This document shows positions 20,044-30,432 of a stretch of 64,000 nt of DNA, in pieces; position 1 is the first letter of the stretch, and every line of letters starts with the position of its first letter. The notes under the pieces were generated by a model. It made no database searches and was not told where the DNA came from. It saw only the letters and a list, made by a program, of their open reading frames with translations. The stretch covers positions 3,015 to 67,014 of the forward strand of contig CAWABC010000055.1 in the NCBI GenBank assembly GCA_963780105.1, in the 5' to 3' direction. Made by a program: the position numbers and the translations under genes. The stretch comes from an uncultured Acidobacteriaceae bacterium. Lineage in GTDB: Bacteria > Acidobacteriota > Terriglobia > Terriglobales > Acidobacteriaceae.

Positions 20044-20922
20044 ATGAAACATGCAATTTTAGGAACTGGAGCCATTGGAGGTTTGGTCGGCACGGTGCTG
20101 GCGTCGCTTGGCGAGGACGTGAAAGTGGTAGTTCGACCGGAAAAGTTGGCGAGCTATCCCGCCAGCTTGGTGCTGGAACGTCCGTCGGGCTCGCTCACGG
20201 CACCGGCAAAAGCCGTCGCAACATTGACGGAGCCTGTTGACGTGCTGTGGATCGCAACCAAGACTTATCAACTGCAGACTGCGTTGGAAGCAGCGCAGGT
20301 GCCGCCGGGCTGCGTGGTTCCCCTGCTGAATGGAGTGGACCACGTCGCGGTGCTGCGGGCGCGATTTGGGCTTGAGCGCGTGCTTCCGGCGACGATCGCG
20401 GTGGAAGCGGAGAGGACTGCTCCGGGACGATTCGTGCAGCGATCCCCGTTTGTTCGCTTCAACCTCGCTAGCAGCGGCGAGCCTCTCTTGGGGGCCATCA
20501 TTCGACAGTTGGGCGATCTTGGATTCACCTGCCAGTTCATTCCGAATGAGCAGACTTTGCTGTGGAGCAAGCTGTGTTTCCTGGCACCGCTGGCGCTGGT
20601 GTCATCCTCATCCGGTATGAGCGTGGGAGAGTTTTCCGCGGACGCTGAGTGGAAACGGAAACTGATCTCGGCACTCGCCGAAACGTGCTCCGTGGCGAAG
20701 GCGAGCGGCGCGCAGGTTGACGCGCGGCAGATTCAGGCGGTTTTCGACAGCGCACCGCCGGGGATGCGCAGCTCCATGCAGAAAGACCTTGCGGCTGGGC
20801 GGCAGCTTGAATTAGACGCCATTGGCGGCCCGATTGTGCGCGGTGGCGAACGCTACGGAATCGATGTCTCGACCACAGTGAAGCTGATGGCGGACATTCG
20901 CGCGAAGGACGCCGCCCGATGA
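20044..20922 (+). CDS. panE: 2-dehydropantoate 2-reductase
   Basis: The ATG at 20044 gives MKHAILGTGAIGGLVGTVLA (Rossmann). The C-terminal SSMQKDLAAGRQLELDAIGG is the ApbA/PanE signature. Confidence 0.85.
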   Translation: MKHAILGTGAIGGLVGTVLASLGEDVKVVVRPEKLASYPASLVLERPSGSLTAPAKAVATLTEPVDVLWIATKTYQLQTALEAAQVPPGCVVPLLNGVDHVAVLRARFGLERVLPATIAVEAERTAPGRFVQRSPFVRFNLASSGEPLLGAIIRQLGDLGFTCQFIPNEQTLLWSKLCFLAPLALVSSSSGMSVGEFSADAEWKRKLISALAETCSVAKASGAQVDARQIQAVFDSAPPGMRSSMQKDLAAGRQLELDAIGGPIVRGGERYGIDVSTTVKLMADIRAKDAAR

Positions 20923-21021
20923 CGATAGCGAGCCCAGCAAGGAGCGCCTGAATTCGAAGCTTACGGTGTCGCTGAAGCGATACCCTGATACGAATCCATA
21001 GTTTCTTCCGCAGCCTGCCCA

Positions 21022-21483
21022 TCACTTGCCGGCTTTCGGGTCGGGACTGGAATTCCCCATGTCAACGACCACCTTCCACTGGCCGTCCTTCTGCTTCTTC
21101 CAGATCGAGGTGTACTTGCCGTAATTGGCGACGAGCTTGCCCTCTTTGTTTTTGGCGGTGTAGATGTAATTGCCGTAGGTGTAGCCGAGATCGCCGGATT
21201 CGGCCATATCGGCTTTGACGGGTGTCCAGGTGAGGGACGTGCCTTCGGGCCAGGGGGGCTGCTTGCGGATGGCGTCTTTGGTGTCGAAGCCGCCGCCGTC
21301 CACGACTTCTACGCCATCTTCGGCAAAGTGGGTGACAAAGGCAGCGTGGCCGTGCTGGGCGACATCCGCAACGAATTCGGCTTCGAGTTGCATGAGGAGG
21401 TCGGGACCCTTTGCAACTTTCTGTTTCGTGGCGAAGGAAAGGGCAACGAAGAAAAGCAGAAATGCTACGGTGATTCTTTTCAT
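21022..21483 (-). CDS. secreted NTF2-like / DUF4440 protein
   Basis: 153 aa. Has a signal peptide; ...GKYTSIWKKQKDGQWKVVVDMGN is a typical C-terminal strand pattern. Confidence 0.6.
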   Translation of the reverse strand: MKRITVAFLLFFVALSFATKQKVAKGPDLLMQLEAEFVADVAQHGHAAFVTHFAEDGVEVVDGGGFDTKDAIRKQPPWPEGTSLTWTPVKADMAESGDLGYTYGNYIYTAKNKEGKLVANYGKYTSIWKKQKDGQWKVVVDMGNSSPDPKAGK

Positions 21484-21638
21484 CGGGAGTTCTCGGGCCG
21501 CAGCGGCGGCGGGTTGTGCGGATCGGTCCGGCGACTAAAGTTATCATGCGGGAAGATTGGGCGTCGCGGGCGGAGTCGGCAGAGGCTGTGGAGTGTGTCT
21601 GAAACTGGATCGTCCCGGGGCTGAGCATCGTAATTTTT

Positions 21639-22547
21639 TCAGCGGCTCGGTGGAGGAGAGCTCGCACGGCTCTGGCGGAGGAGTTGGTCTTTGATTTTAT
21701 CTGGGAGACGCGAGCTGGCGAGTAATTCGTCGAGGAGAGGACCGGGGATCTCGCGGCTGAATTCCAGGGCGCGGGCTAGCGAGAGATGCTCGGTCCGCAA
21801 AAGGGCGGCGCGGATTTCCCGGCGCGGAGACCACTTCGCGTGCTGGGCGACTGCGTGCACCAAGGCCGCGCTGGCGTTGGGACGAAGCACGGAGTTGATG
21901 ACGAGAGCTTCTGTCAGGCGCGGATTTTCGAGCGCGGTCCGCAGGACTCGGGTCTCGCGAGCCAGGGTTCGAGCATCGATGATTTTGCTGTCTCCGACCT
22001 TCCCGTCCACGTTTTCCACATCCAACAGCAAAGCGGCGGCTACTCTGCCCGAGGCACGGCGGGCCAGCGTTAGGCGTTCGCCGACGGTGACCGATTCCAA
22101 GCGCGCGATGAGGACGTTGTCGACGGCGACCTTCACGTCCGCGGGAACGCCGGGGGAGAGCGTAACCTTCATCAGATCGAACGTGTAGAACTGGCGCGCC
22201 AGGGGCACGGACACATGGCGGGGGGTGTGTGGATGGCTGGCCAGCGCGATCTTCACCTTGCGGCTCTTGAGTGCGTTGGCATTCCTGGCGAGTTGCTCGA
22301 GGACTTCAGCGGGCAGGTCGGCGCGCTTGAGGAGGGCTAGGGCCAAGTCCTCGGTAAGAGCGGGATCGGCGGCGGTGCGCAGCAGATCGGCGGGCTCAGG
22401 TGCGGTTGGGCTTGCCGATGCCGTTGCGAGCTGAACGCTTTCGCCTTCGGGATTTGTATCTTCGGACACTTCGCCCTCGGCGGCTGAAGCCGCACTCTGA
22501 CCATTGCAACTACCGCAGCGCTGAAGCGCATCGCCACCCAAAAACAA
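21639..22547 (-). CDS. hypothetical helical-repeat protein
   Basis: 302 aa. Repeated Leu/Ala-rich helical segments (ALASHPHTPRHVSVPLARQ ; ALLRTEHLSLARALEFSRE). No recognised motif. Confidence 0.45.
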   Translation of the reverse strand: MFLGGDALQRCGSCNGQSAASAAEGEVSEDTNPEGESVQLATASASPTAPEPADLLRTAADPALTEDLALALLKRADLPAEVLEQLARNANALKSRKVKIALASHPHTPRHVSVPLARQFYTFDLMKVTLSPGVPADVKVAVDNVLIARLESVTVGERLTLARRASGRVAAALLLDVENVDGKVGDSKIIDARTLARETRVLRTALENPRLTEALVINSVLRPNASAALVHAVAQHAKWSPRREIRAALLRTEHLSLARALEFSREIPGPLLDELLASSRLPDKIKDQLLRQSRASSPPPSR

Positions 22548-22577
22548 ACCAGATCTCCCGCGCGGCGGCAGCCGTCT

Positions 22578-23507
22578 CTACATTCGTCTGGCTCTGGCCA
22601 GCGCGCCTTCGACCGGATCGGCTAGCTCTTGGCGGACGCCGATGCCGGGAAAGCTCGTCTGCAGGGTATTGTAGAAAACCTGGCGCACATCGGGAGACTG
22701 ACGAAAGACACTGCCCGTCATGGCCACGGGGAGCATGTTCATGGGAGCCGTTTCCACAGGCCGGGGCGCCAGGCGGCGGACGACGATGGCCGCGAGGTTC
22801 GCCAACCGGGCTCCGGCGTCGGCGAGGAGGGCGCGGGCAATGGAGTCGGCCTCGTCGGCGGCGCGGAGGACAATGGGAAACAGGCGCGGGAAATCGGGCG
22901 GTGGCGTCGAGTTGGCTTGCTGCACAAGGTCGTCGATGGTCGAGAGTTTCCAGGCTTCGAGGACCATGGCGGTGAGCGCGGTTTCGAGGCCCTGATCGCG
23001 GGCGTGAACAATCGCGGAGACGGCGCGGCGGCCGATCCAGTGGCCGGAGCCTTCATCAGAGATGGCGAACCCCCAGCCTCCGGCACGCGCGGTGCGACCG
23101 GCAGCATCGCGTCCATAAACCATGGAACCGGTGCCGGCAATCGCGATTACGCCGGGGCCCGCGCCAAAAACGGCTTCGAGGGCAGTTACGTTGTCGCCGA
23201 CAACCTCGATTTTGGCGAGACTGATGGCGGGCGTCAGCTCGGCGAGAATGCCGCGAATCTTGGCAGCGATCTCGGGGATGGAAGCGCCGGCGACGCCGAT
23301 GCAGATGGCGCGGATCCGATCGGGAGAAATCCCGGCGGTGTCGCAGACATGGCGGACGGCGGTGTGAAGAGATTCTCTTGCCTGCATCTCGCCCAGGCGA
23401 ATTATGTTGCTGCCGCCGGTCATTGCCGTAGCGAGCACCGTGGTTTCGTCGCCGAGAAGGCATCGAGTTTTGGTGCCGCCGCCGTCGATTCCGAGATAGT
23501 GGGCCAT
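22578..23507 (-). CDS. BadF/BadG/BcrA/BcrD-type ATPase (N-acetylglucosamine kinase-like)
   Basis: The ATG at 23507 gives MAHYLGIDGGGTKTRCLLGD. Later motifs are IAGTGSMVYG and GWGFAISDEGSGHWIG. Confidence 0.8.
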   Translation of the reverse strand: MAHYLGIDGGGTKTRCLLGDETTVLATAMTGGSNIIRLGEMQARESLHTAVRHVCDTAGISPDRIRAICIGVAGASIPEIAAKIRGILAELTPAISLAKIEVVGDNVTALEAVFGAGPGVIAIAGTGSMVYGRDAAGRTARAGGWGFAISDEGSGHWIGRRAVSAIVHARDQGLETALTAMVLEAWKLSTIDDLVQQANSTPPPDFPRLFPIVLRAADEADSIARALLADAGARLANLAAIVVRRLAPRPVETAPMNMLPVAMTGSVFRQSPDVRQVFYNTLQTSFPGIGVRQELADPVEGALARARRM

Positions 23508-23632
23508 CGCGTTAGTTCTAACACAGGTTCCGCGGCGTTTCGGCACACGAACATGCCTGTACAATGCGGCGAACGTGTTGCTGAGGGCTTGAGACGCGGC
23601 TAGCCGCGTCTCTCCCTGAAATTTGGAAGGGA

Positions 23633-25108
23633 TTGCGCTTGGGATTGAATCGGATCGATCTGCTGATCATTGCGGCGTATCTGGCGGGGATCACGCTGTT
23701 CGGGCTGCGATTTCGCAAGCGGCAGCGGACGGTGCGAGACTACTTTCTCGCGGACCGCAACATTCCGTGGTGGGCGATTTCGCTGTCGGTTGTGGCGGCG
23801 GAGACCAGTACGCTGACCATCATCAGCATTCCCGGCCTGGCCTACGATTCGAATCTTACTTTTCTGCAAGTGGTAATGGGATATGTGATCGGGCGCGTCA
23901 TCATCAGTTTTGTGCTGCTGCCGCAATATTTTCGCGGCGAGCTCTACACGGCCTATCAACTGATCGAACGGCGGTTTGGTCCGGAGCTGCGCACCGTGAC
24001 GGCAGGCCTGTTTCTGCTGACGAGGGCGGCGGCGGAGGGAGTGCGCGTGTATGCCGTGTCGATCGTGGTATCGATTGCGCTGGGCACGGGCGAGGTCACT
24101 TCGATCGCAATCATCACGTTGCTGACTTTGATCTATACCTTTGAGGGCGGACTGGCGGCCGTGATCTGGACCGATGTGGTGCAGACGTTCATTTATGTCG
24201 GCGGGACGCTAGTGGGGCTGGTCACGATTCTGCACCTCGTGCCGGGAGGATGGGCGTCGGTGCAGGCGATCGCGGTGGGGATGAACAAGTTCCAGGTGTT
24301 CGACCTTCATTTTGTCGATTCTACGATTTCGCACTGGCCGCATTTGAATTTTGCGAAACCGTACACGCTTTGGGCGGGGATCATCGGTGGCGCGTTCTTG
24401 ACTACGGCCAGCCATGGCACCGACCAGCTCATCGTGCAGAGATTGCTGGCGGCGCGGAATCAACGGCAATCGGTGCTGGCATTGCTGTCGAGCGGGGTAG
24501 CTGTCTTTTTTCAGTTTGGGTTGTTTCTTCTGGTGGGAGTGATGCTGTTCGCCTACTACCGGGTTCCGTCGGCCACGTTCGGAAGGGCGGACAGGATCTA
24601 TCCGACGTTCATCGTGAGCCGGATGCCGCACGGGATTTCAGGGCTGTTGATCGCGGCCATTCTGGCGGCGGCGATGTCGAACTTGAGCGCGGCGCTGAAT
24701 TCGCTGTCGTCGAGTTCGATTATGGATTTCTACGTTCGTTTTCGGCCGGCGGTCAGCGAGGCGGGGCGGTTGCGGCTGGCGCGATTGGCGACCGTCGGGT
24801 GGGCGCTGGTGCTATTCGGGCTGGCCGTGCTGGCGCTGCATCGGGTGGGGCGCGTGGTGGAGGTCGGGTTGCAAATCGCGTCGGTTGCTTACGGAGCGTT
24901 GCTCGGAGTGTTTTTGCTGGGAGTGCTGACCAAACGCGCGAACCAGCGCGGGGCAATCGCCGGTATGGTTTGCGGATTGGCGATGGAACTGTATTTGTGG
25001 GGATGGTCGCAGGTGGCTTTCACCTGGTGGGTGATGATCGGGACTTGCGTGACGTTTGCGGTGGGATACGCGGCTAGTGCCCTGCTCCGAGATGAATCAG
25101 AAGTTTGA
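23633..25108 (+). CDS. sodium:solute symporter (SSS) family transporter
   Basis: 491 aa with a TTG start. Multi-TM, with YFLADRNIPWWAISLSVVAAETSTLT and GTDQLIVQRLLAAR. Confidence 0.8.
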   Translation: MRLGLNRIDLLIIAAYLAGITLFGLRFRKRQRTVRDYFLADRNIPWWAISLSVVAAETSTLTIISIPGLAYDSNLTFLQVVMGYVIGRVIISFVLLPQYFRGELYTAYQLIERRFGPELRTVTAGLFLLTRAAAEGVRVYAVSIVVSIALGTGEVTSIAIITLLTLIYTFEGGLAAVIWTDVVQTFIYVGGTLVGLVTILHLVPGGWASVQAIAVGMNKFQVFDLHFVDSTISHWPHLNFAKPYTLWAGIIGGAFLTTASHGTDQLIVQRLLAARNQRQSVLALLSSGVAVFFQFGLFLLVGVMLFAYYRVPSATFGRADRIYPTFIVSRMPHGISGLLIAAILAAAMSNLSAALNSLSSSSIMDFYVRFRPAVSEAGRLRLARLATVGWALVLFGLAVLALHRVGRVVEVGLQIASVAYGALLGVFLLGVLTKRANQRGAIAGMVCGLAMELYLWGWSQVAFTWWVMIGTCVTFAVGYAASALLRDESEV

Positions 25109-25153
25109 AACGCAGAGATCGCTGAGGAGGGCCGCGGAAGACGCAGAGCGAAC

Positions 25154-26555
25154 ATGAGCAAACGCGCAACGAACAATCATCTGCGCCCGGAACTGGCGCG
25201 CGACCTGGGGTTGTCCCATGCGGGCGCCATCGTGGTGGGAACGATCATCGGGAGCGGAATTTTCCTGGTTCCGACCGAGATGATGCGGGCAGTGGGGTCG
25301 GCTCGACTGGTGTATCTCGCCTGGATGGTCGGTGGATTGCTCTCTTTTTTCGGCGCGCTTACGTATGCCGAACTGGGCGCGATGAAGCCGCAGGCGGGCG
25401 GCGAGTATGTGTATGTGCGCGACGCCTATGGGCCGCTGGCTGGATTTCTGTATTCATGGACCTGGTTTCTGATCGCCAAGCCGGCTTCGATTGCCACCGT
25501 TACGACCGGGCTGGTGCGGATCCTGGGAACTTTCCCGGTGTTTTCTTTCTTCTCGCGTGACTGCTTCTCGTATGGCTGGAGTTCGCATCCATTCTCCATC
25601 AACTACGGGCAACTGGTGGCGATCGCAGCTACCGTCCTGGTCTCGTGGCTGAACTACATTGGGGTGCGGCGGGCGGGGGAATTTCAGTTACTGTTCACCC
25701 TGCTGAAGGTTGCCATCATCCTTGGGATTGTGGCGGTGGGTTTTTCCTATCGCGGAGGGACGTGGGCAAATTTTGCAACAGAATTCACTGGGGCGAAAGG
25801 CGGCGTCGCTGGATTTTTCGCGGCGCTGGTGGCGGCGCTTTGGGCTTACGACGGCTGGAACGATCTGACCATGGTGGCGGGGGAGATACGGAATCCTCAG
25901 CGCAACATTCCGCTGTCTTTGATCTGGGGCGTGGCGACGGTCGGAGCGCTCTACATCCTGGTCAACGCGGCGGTGCAGTATGTACTGCCGGCGGCGGTGG
26001 TGGCAGGCTCGGAGCGTCCGGCATCGGACGCGGTGGCGCTGGTGCTGGGGCGCGCGGGCGCCAGCCTGGTGTCGGCGGGCATGGCGGTTTCGATGCTGGT
26101 GACTTTGAACGGCACCATCATGAGCGGAGCGCGCGTGCCGTTTGCGACGGCGCGCGATGGCTATTTTTTCAAGGCAATTGCGGAGGTTCATCCCCGCTTC
26201 CGCACGCCGTCGGTGTCGATTGTGGTGCAGTGCGGGCTGGCTGTCGTTCTGCTGCTGCTGGGAGGCAGTTTCCGGCAATTCTTTTCGCTGGCGATTTTCG
26301 CCGAGTGGATGTTCTACATGATCGCGGGCAGCACGGTATTCGTATTCCGCCGACGGGAACCGCAACGCGGAACGGCCGTATCACGTGTGGGGATATCCGG
26401 TGGTTCCGGCGTTGTTTGTGCTGGCTTCGGCGGCACTCCTTTACTACACATTCACCGACAATCTGAAGAGTTCGGCCGCCGGATGCCTGGCCATACTGGC
26501 GGGCGTTCCGGTGTTTTACTTTTTTGCGCGGCGACGGGTGATGGCTCCGAAGTAA
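25154..26555 (+). pseudogene. APC-family amino acid permease, one +1 frame disruption near 26369
   Basis: ORF 25154..26635 reads normally to ...FVFRRREPQR. The native C-terminus ERPYHVWGYPVVPALFVLASAALLYYTFTDNLKSSAAGCLAILAGVPVFYFFARRRVMAPK* continues in the next frame and stops at 26553-26555. Confidence 0.8.
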
Positions 26556-26690
26556 CCGGCCGAACCCCAAAGGCGGTTACCAAAGGACACGCGCAAGCGA
26601 CACGTTTACCCCCTGCCCAAACTCCCCTAAGGTAAAGACTCCAACCCTGAGCTCTCTCCCCAGCTTTGGGCCCACTTTCTGGAGTGACGG

Positions 26691-27740
26691 ATGCCTACGT
26701 ACGATCGCGGTTTTCAGCTCGGCTTGCTGCCTGAAAGGAAGTGGAACTGGCGGACTTTTGCGGCGAGTTACGGGATTCTGGTGTGCCTGATCCTGCTCCT
26801 GATTGTCGTCGGGATCATGGTGCCCGATACACTGCTCATCACCGCGAACTATCACGTCACGGAGCTGATTCCGCGTCCTGCGCTCAGGCCGGAACCGCTG
26901 CCCAAACCAAAGCCGTTGCCCTTACATGCCAAGTTGCTGCCGCCGCCGCCCGTATTTGAAACGCCGAAACTGATTGTCCCGCGCGAGATGCGGGCGCCCA
27001 AGCCGCAGCCGCAGGAAATTGAGCCGCCCAAGGTGGCCATGAACAACTTCGCACCTGCCGTGCTCAGGCAGACCAGCGGAGCGCGTCCGATGCTGATTCA
27101 TACCGGGGAGTTCCAGGGAAGTTCGGCGGTGCCGACCGTGAATGCTCCGATTGAGAAGGTGCAGACAGGCGGGTTCGGCGATCCGAATGGGCTGAAACCA
27201 AGTGCCAACAGCAAGCCGAACGGCAAGCTGATCGCATCGGTGGCGGGTGGGTTCGACATGCCGGTGGGACCGGGACAAGGGAACGGGTCGGGCGGCGCGA
27301 AAGGAATTAAAGGAACGGTTGCCAGCGCCGATTTTGGCAATGGGGTGGCAACACCGGGACAAGGCGACGGGCGCAGAAGCGGGCGCGGAAATGTGCAGGC
27401 CTCGGGCTTCGGCACGCAGCAGATCGCGCAGGGCACGCCACACGTTCAGCGCGTAGAGAGCGGCCCGCCGCCAACGTCGGTTGAGATCACCTACAAACCG
27501 AACCCAGCTTATACGGACGAAGCAAGAAGTCTAAAAATCGAAGGCGAGGTTCTACTTGAAGTGGAGTTCCTGGCGAGCGGGCAGTTACACGTGAATCGCG
27601 TGGTCCGGGGTCTGGGGCATGGGCTCGATGAGACCGCGGTAGCGGCCGCCAACAAGATGCGCTTCAAGCCCGCCACGCGAAACGGGCAGGCAATGGATTC
27701 GACGGCAATTGTACACGTGGTCTTTCAACTGGCGTATTGA
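26691..27740 (+). CDS. energy transducer TonB family protein
   Basis: 349 aa. One N-terminal TM segment, a Pro-rich spacer (PEPLPKPKPLP, PKPQPQEIEPP) and a TonB_C-like end (YTDEARSLKIEGEVLLEVEFLASG...VVRGLGHGLDETAVAAANKMRFKPA). Confidence 0.85.
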   Translation: MPTYDRGFQLGLLPERKWNWRTFAASYGILVCLILLLIVVGIMVPDTLLITANYHVTELIPRPALRPEPLPKPKPLPLHAKLLPPPPVFETPKLIVPREMRAPKPQPQEIEPPKVAMNNFAPAVLRQTSGARPMLIHTGEFQGSSAVPTVNAPIEKVQTGGFGDPNGLKPSANSKPNGKLIASVAGGFDMPVGPGQGNGSGGAKGIKGTVASADFGNGVATPGQGDGRRSGRGNVQASGFGTQQIAQGTPHVQRVESGPPPTSVEITYKPNPAYTDEARSLKIEGEVLLEVEFLASGQLHVNRVVRGLGHGLDETAVAAANKMRFKPATRNGQAMDSTAIVHVVFQLAY

Positions 27741-27759
27741 AACTTTGGAGATGAGGGTT

Positions 27760-29565
27760 ATGGGGAGATTTATGCGTAACACGAACTGGTTGGTTTTCGC
27801 CCTGCTGGCGGTGACGTTGACGGCGGTGGCACAGCAAGCGGCGTCCGCGCCGCAGAATTCACAGCCGGTTGCGGCGACGCAGGCGGTGCAGACGGCGGCT
27901 CAGCCGAACCAGACTCAGACAAATCTGGCGGCGCCGACCACCATGGATCAGGTCGTGGACCGCGTGATCGTGCGAGAGAAGGACCTGATCAAGTTCTTGT
28001 CGCCGCGCACTCCCATCGTGGAGACTTATCTGCAGAACCTGACGCAGGATCCGCAGCTGGGGCCGATTCCGCAGGACGATCATTACTTCCTGGGCCGCAT
28101 GGACCTGAGCGAATCGATCGACCGGAGCGACTTCCTTCAGGACAAGGGCAAGGACAAAGACGAAGGCATGGAGAAGCATCTTCTGGGCGGACTGACGAAG
28201 AAGTTCAAGTTCCAGTACCAGCCGCTGGGTTTTTCCTGGATGATCTTCGCCGACCGCAACGACTTTGACCGGCAGCACTACGATTTTCACTACGCGCGGC
28301 GCGAGTTTCTGGGCGACGTGCGCTGCCTGGTGTTCGACCTGACGCCGAAGAAAGACGCCGGACGCGGACGTTTTCTCGGCCGCATCTGGGTCGAGGATCA
28401 GGACTTCAACATCGTGCGGCTGAACGGCACGTATGCGCATCCTTCGCGCAACAATTATTACTTCCACATGGACGCTTGGCGGCTGAATCTGGTCCCGGGT
28501 TATTGGGTGCCAGCTTACATCTACAGCGAGGAAGGCGACTTCACGGCGGGCGCCAAGAACAAGATCGCGTTCAAAGCGCAGACCCGCATGTGGGGCTATA
28601 ACCTGAAAACAAGTACGGCGAACGACGAACTTACCAGTATCCGCGTGGACAGCGTAAAAGACGATACGCCGGCCGCACAGGATGCCACGCCGCTGGCGGC
28701 TGAGCGCGAATGGCAACAGCAGGCGGAAGACAACGTGCTGGAACGGCTGGAACGCGCCGGGCTGATGGCGCCGGAAGGCGACGTGGACAAGATTTTGCAA
28801 ACCGTTGTCAACAACCTGGAGATCACTAATAACATCGAACTGCCGCGGCCGGTCCGGACGCGGGTGCTGACGACGTCTCCGCTAGAGACTTTCAGCGTCG
28901 GAAACACGATTGTGGTAAGCCGCGGGCTGATCGACGTGCTTCCCGATGAAGGCAGCCTGGCCATGGTGCTGGCGCACGAACTGGCGCACATTGTTCTGGG
29001 ACACAACCTGGGCAGCCAGTACGCGTTCAACGACCGCATGTTGTTCTCGGACGAGGGGACTTACCAGAACCTCGGGTTCAAACACATTCCGGAAGAGGAA
29101 GCGGCGGCCGACAAGAAAGCCATCGAGATGCTGAAGGGCTCGCCTTACGCGCAGAAATTGGAAACTGCCGGACTCTTCATCAAGGCATTGCAGGCGCGCG
29201 CTCCTCAATTGAGCGCTCTGCTGCAAGCCCACCTCGGCAACAACATCGCGGAGAACGGGACGGTGACGCGCATGGCGGCGCTGGCCACCTCGGCTCCGGC
29301 GCTGGACTGGAACAAACTGGACCAGATCGCCGCGTTACCTCTCGGCGGGCGCGTCAAGCTGAACCCATGGGATAACAAAGTGGAGATCGTGAAAGCGCAG
29401 CCGGTTGCCATAACTTCGGCTCGCGACAAAATGATGTTCGAGGTGACGCCATTCTACCCGCGACTTTCGCGGTACGGCACGGCGAGCGCGCCCGCGGTCA
29501 CGACGGCGGCAGCGCCCACGACCACCGCAACCACTGCCAACGCCAGCCCCGCTCCAGTCAACTGA
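27760..29565 (+). CDS. M48-family zinc metallopeptidase, secreted
   Basis: ORF 27709..29565. A start at 27751/27760 follows the tonB stop. Has a signal peptide. LAMVLAHELAHIVLGHN carries the HExxH motif. Confidence 0.7.
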   Translation: MGRFMRNTNWLVFALLAVTLTAVAQQAASAPQNSQPVAATQAVQTAAQPNQTQTNLAAPTTMDQVVDRVIVREKDLIKFLSPRTPIVETYLQNLTQDPQLGPIPQDDHYFLGRMDLSESIDRSDFLQDKGKDKDEGMEKHLLGGLTKKFKFQYQPLGFSWMIFADRNDFDRQHYDFHYARREFLGDVRCLVFDLTPKKDAGRGRFLGRIWVEDQDFNIVRLNGTYAHPSRNNYYFHMDAWRLNLVPGYWVPAYIYSEEGDFTAGAKNKIAFKAQTRMWGYNLKTSTANDELTSIRVDSVKDDTPAAQDATPLAAEREWQQQAEDNVLERLERAGLMAPEGDVDKILQTVVNNLEITNNIELPRPVRTRVLTTSPLETFSVGNTIVVSRGLIDVLPDEGSLAMVLAHELAHIVLGHNLGSQYAFNDRMLFSDEGTYQNLGFKHIPEEEAAADKKAIEMLKGSPYAQKLETAGLFIKALQARAPQLSALLQAHLGNNIAENGTVTRMAALATSAPALDWNKLDQIAALPLGGRVKLNPWDNKVEIVKAQPVAITSARDKMMFEVTPFYPRLSRYGTASAPAVTTAAAPTTTATTANASPAPVN

Positions 29566-29592
29566 GCCGGGGTTCCAAGTTGAACGAAGCGC

Positions 29593-29639
29593 AGGCCGGG
29601 ACCGGAAGAAATTCCGGGTTCCCGGCCTTGCGTCTTTTT
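29593..29639 (+). terminator. intrinsic terminator
   Basis: AGGCCGGGACCGG ... CCGGGTTCCCGGCCT stem (2-nt bulge) followed by GCGTCTTTTT. Confidence 0.7.
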
Positions 29640-29671
29640 GGGGCAACGCTCGGGGCTAGCCCGGGGCTAGT

Positions 29672-30376
29672 CTAGAAGTGTTTTCTGAGATCGGCGAAAC
29701 GATCTACCACCAGCAGCCGCTGCGATGGCGGGACGGCCGCGACTTCCTCGTGCTCGAGAATCCAGGTGTTGTCGTGCGGGATGAAGACGGCGTGCAGGCC
29801 GGCGGCCAGGGCGGGGTTGATATCGGATTTGGGACTATTGCCGACCATCCAGGTGGTGTCGGCCGGCAGCGCGTACTTGGCGATGGCGGAGCGGTAGGTG
29901 GATTCGTCCTTTTCGGCCACGATTTCGACGGCTGAAAAATATTCTTTCAATCCTGAGCGTTCGACTTTGCCGGATTGCTCGGCGGGGTTTCCCTTGGTCA
30001 TCAGGATGAGGTGGTGGCTTTCGCCGAGATACTGCAGAGTCTCGGGCACGCCGGGAAGAACTTCGATGGGATGGTCGGCGATCTGGTGGGCGAAGCTGCG
30101 AATGCGTTCGTGCAATTCGGGCGTGACCGGATCGACGGAAAGCTTCTCAAAGGTTTCCACCAGCGAATGGGCGAAGCTGTGCAGGCCGTAGCCGTGCTTC
30201 ACGATGGAATCCCGCTCCACATCGTTCAGCACCAGGCGAACCGCCTCGGGCGAATGCTCGCGATGGTCGAGGAACGTAATGAACTTCGCGATCGCCCGCT
30301 CGAAATAAATGTTGTTTTCCCAGAGCGTGTCATCGGCATCGATGAGCAGGGACTGGGCCCCGTTCTCTCCCCGCAT
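29672..30376 (-). CDS. HAD-superfamily hydrolase
   Basis: 234 aa. LLIDADDTLWEN is the DxDxT motif I. Also MTKGNPAEQ and GNSPKSD. Confidence 0.8.
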   Translation of the reverse strand: MRGENGAQSLLIDADDTLWENNIYFERAIAKFITFLDHREHSPEAVRLVLNDVERDSIVKHGYGLHSFAHSLVETFEKLSVDPVTPELHERIRSFAHQIADHPIEVLPGVPETLQYLGESHHLILMTKGNPAEQSGKVERSGLKEYFSAVEIVAEKDESTYRSAIAKYALPADTTWMVGNSPKSDINPALAAGLHAVFIPHDNTWILEHEEVAAVPPSQRLLVVDRFADLRKHF

Positions 30377-30432
30377 GTATTTATGATAACGGCTCCGGAG
30401 CGGATTCGCGGCTTTGATAGACTTGTATTCGT

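Noticed and set aside
22629-23603. 324-aa plus-strand ORF.
   Set aside because: It is antisense to the BadF-type ATPase gene, which has clear DGGGTKT and GTGS motifs.
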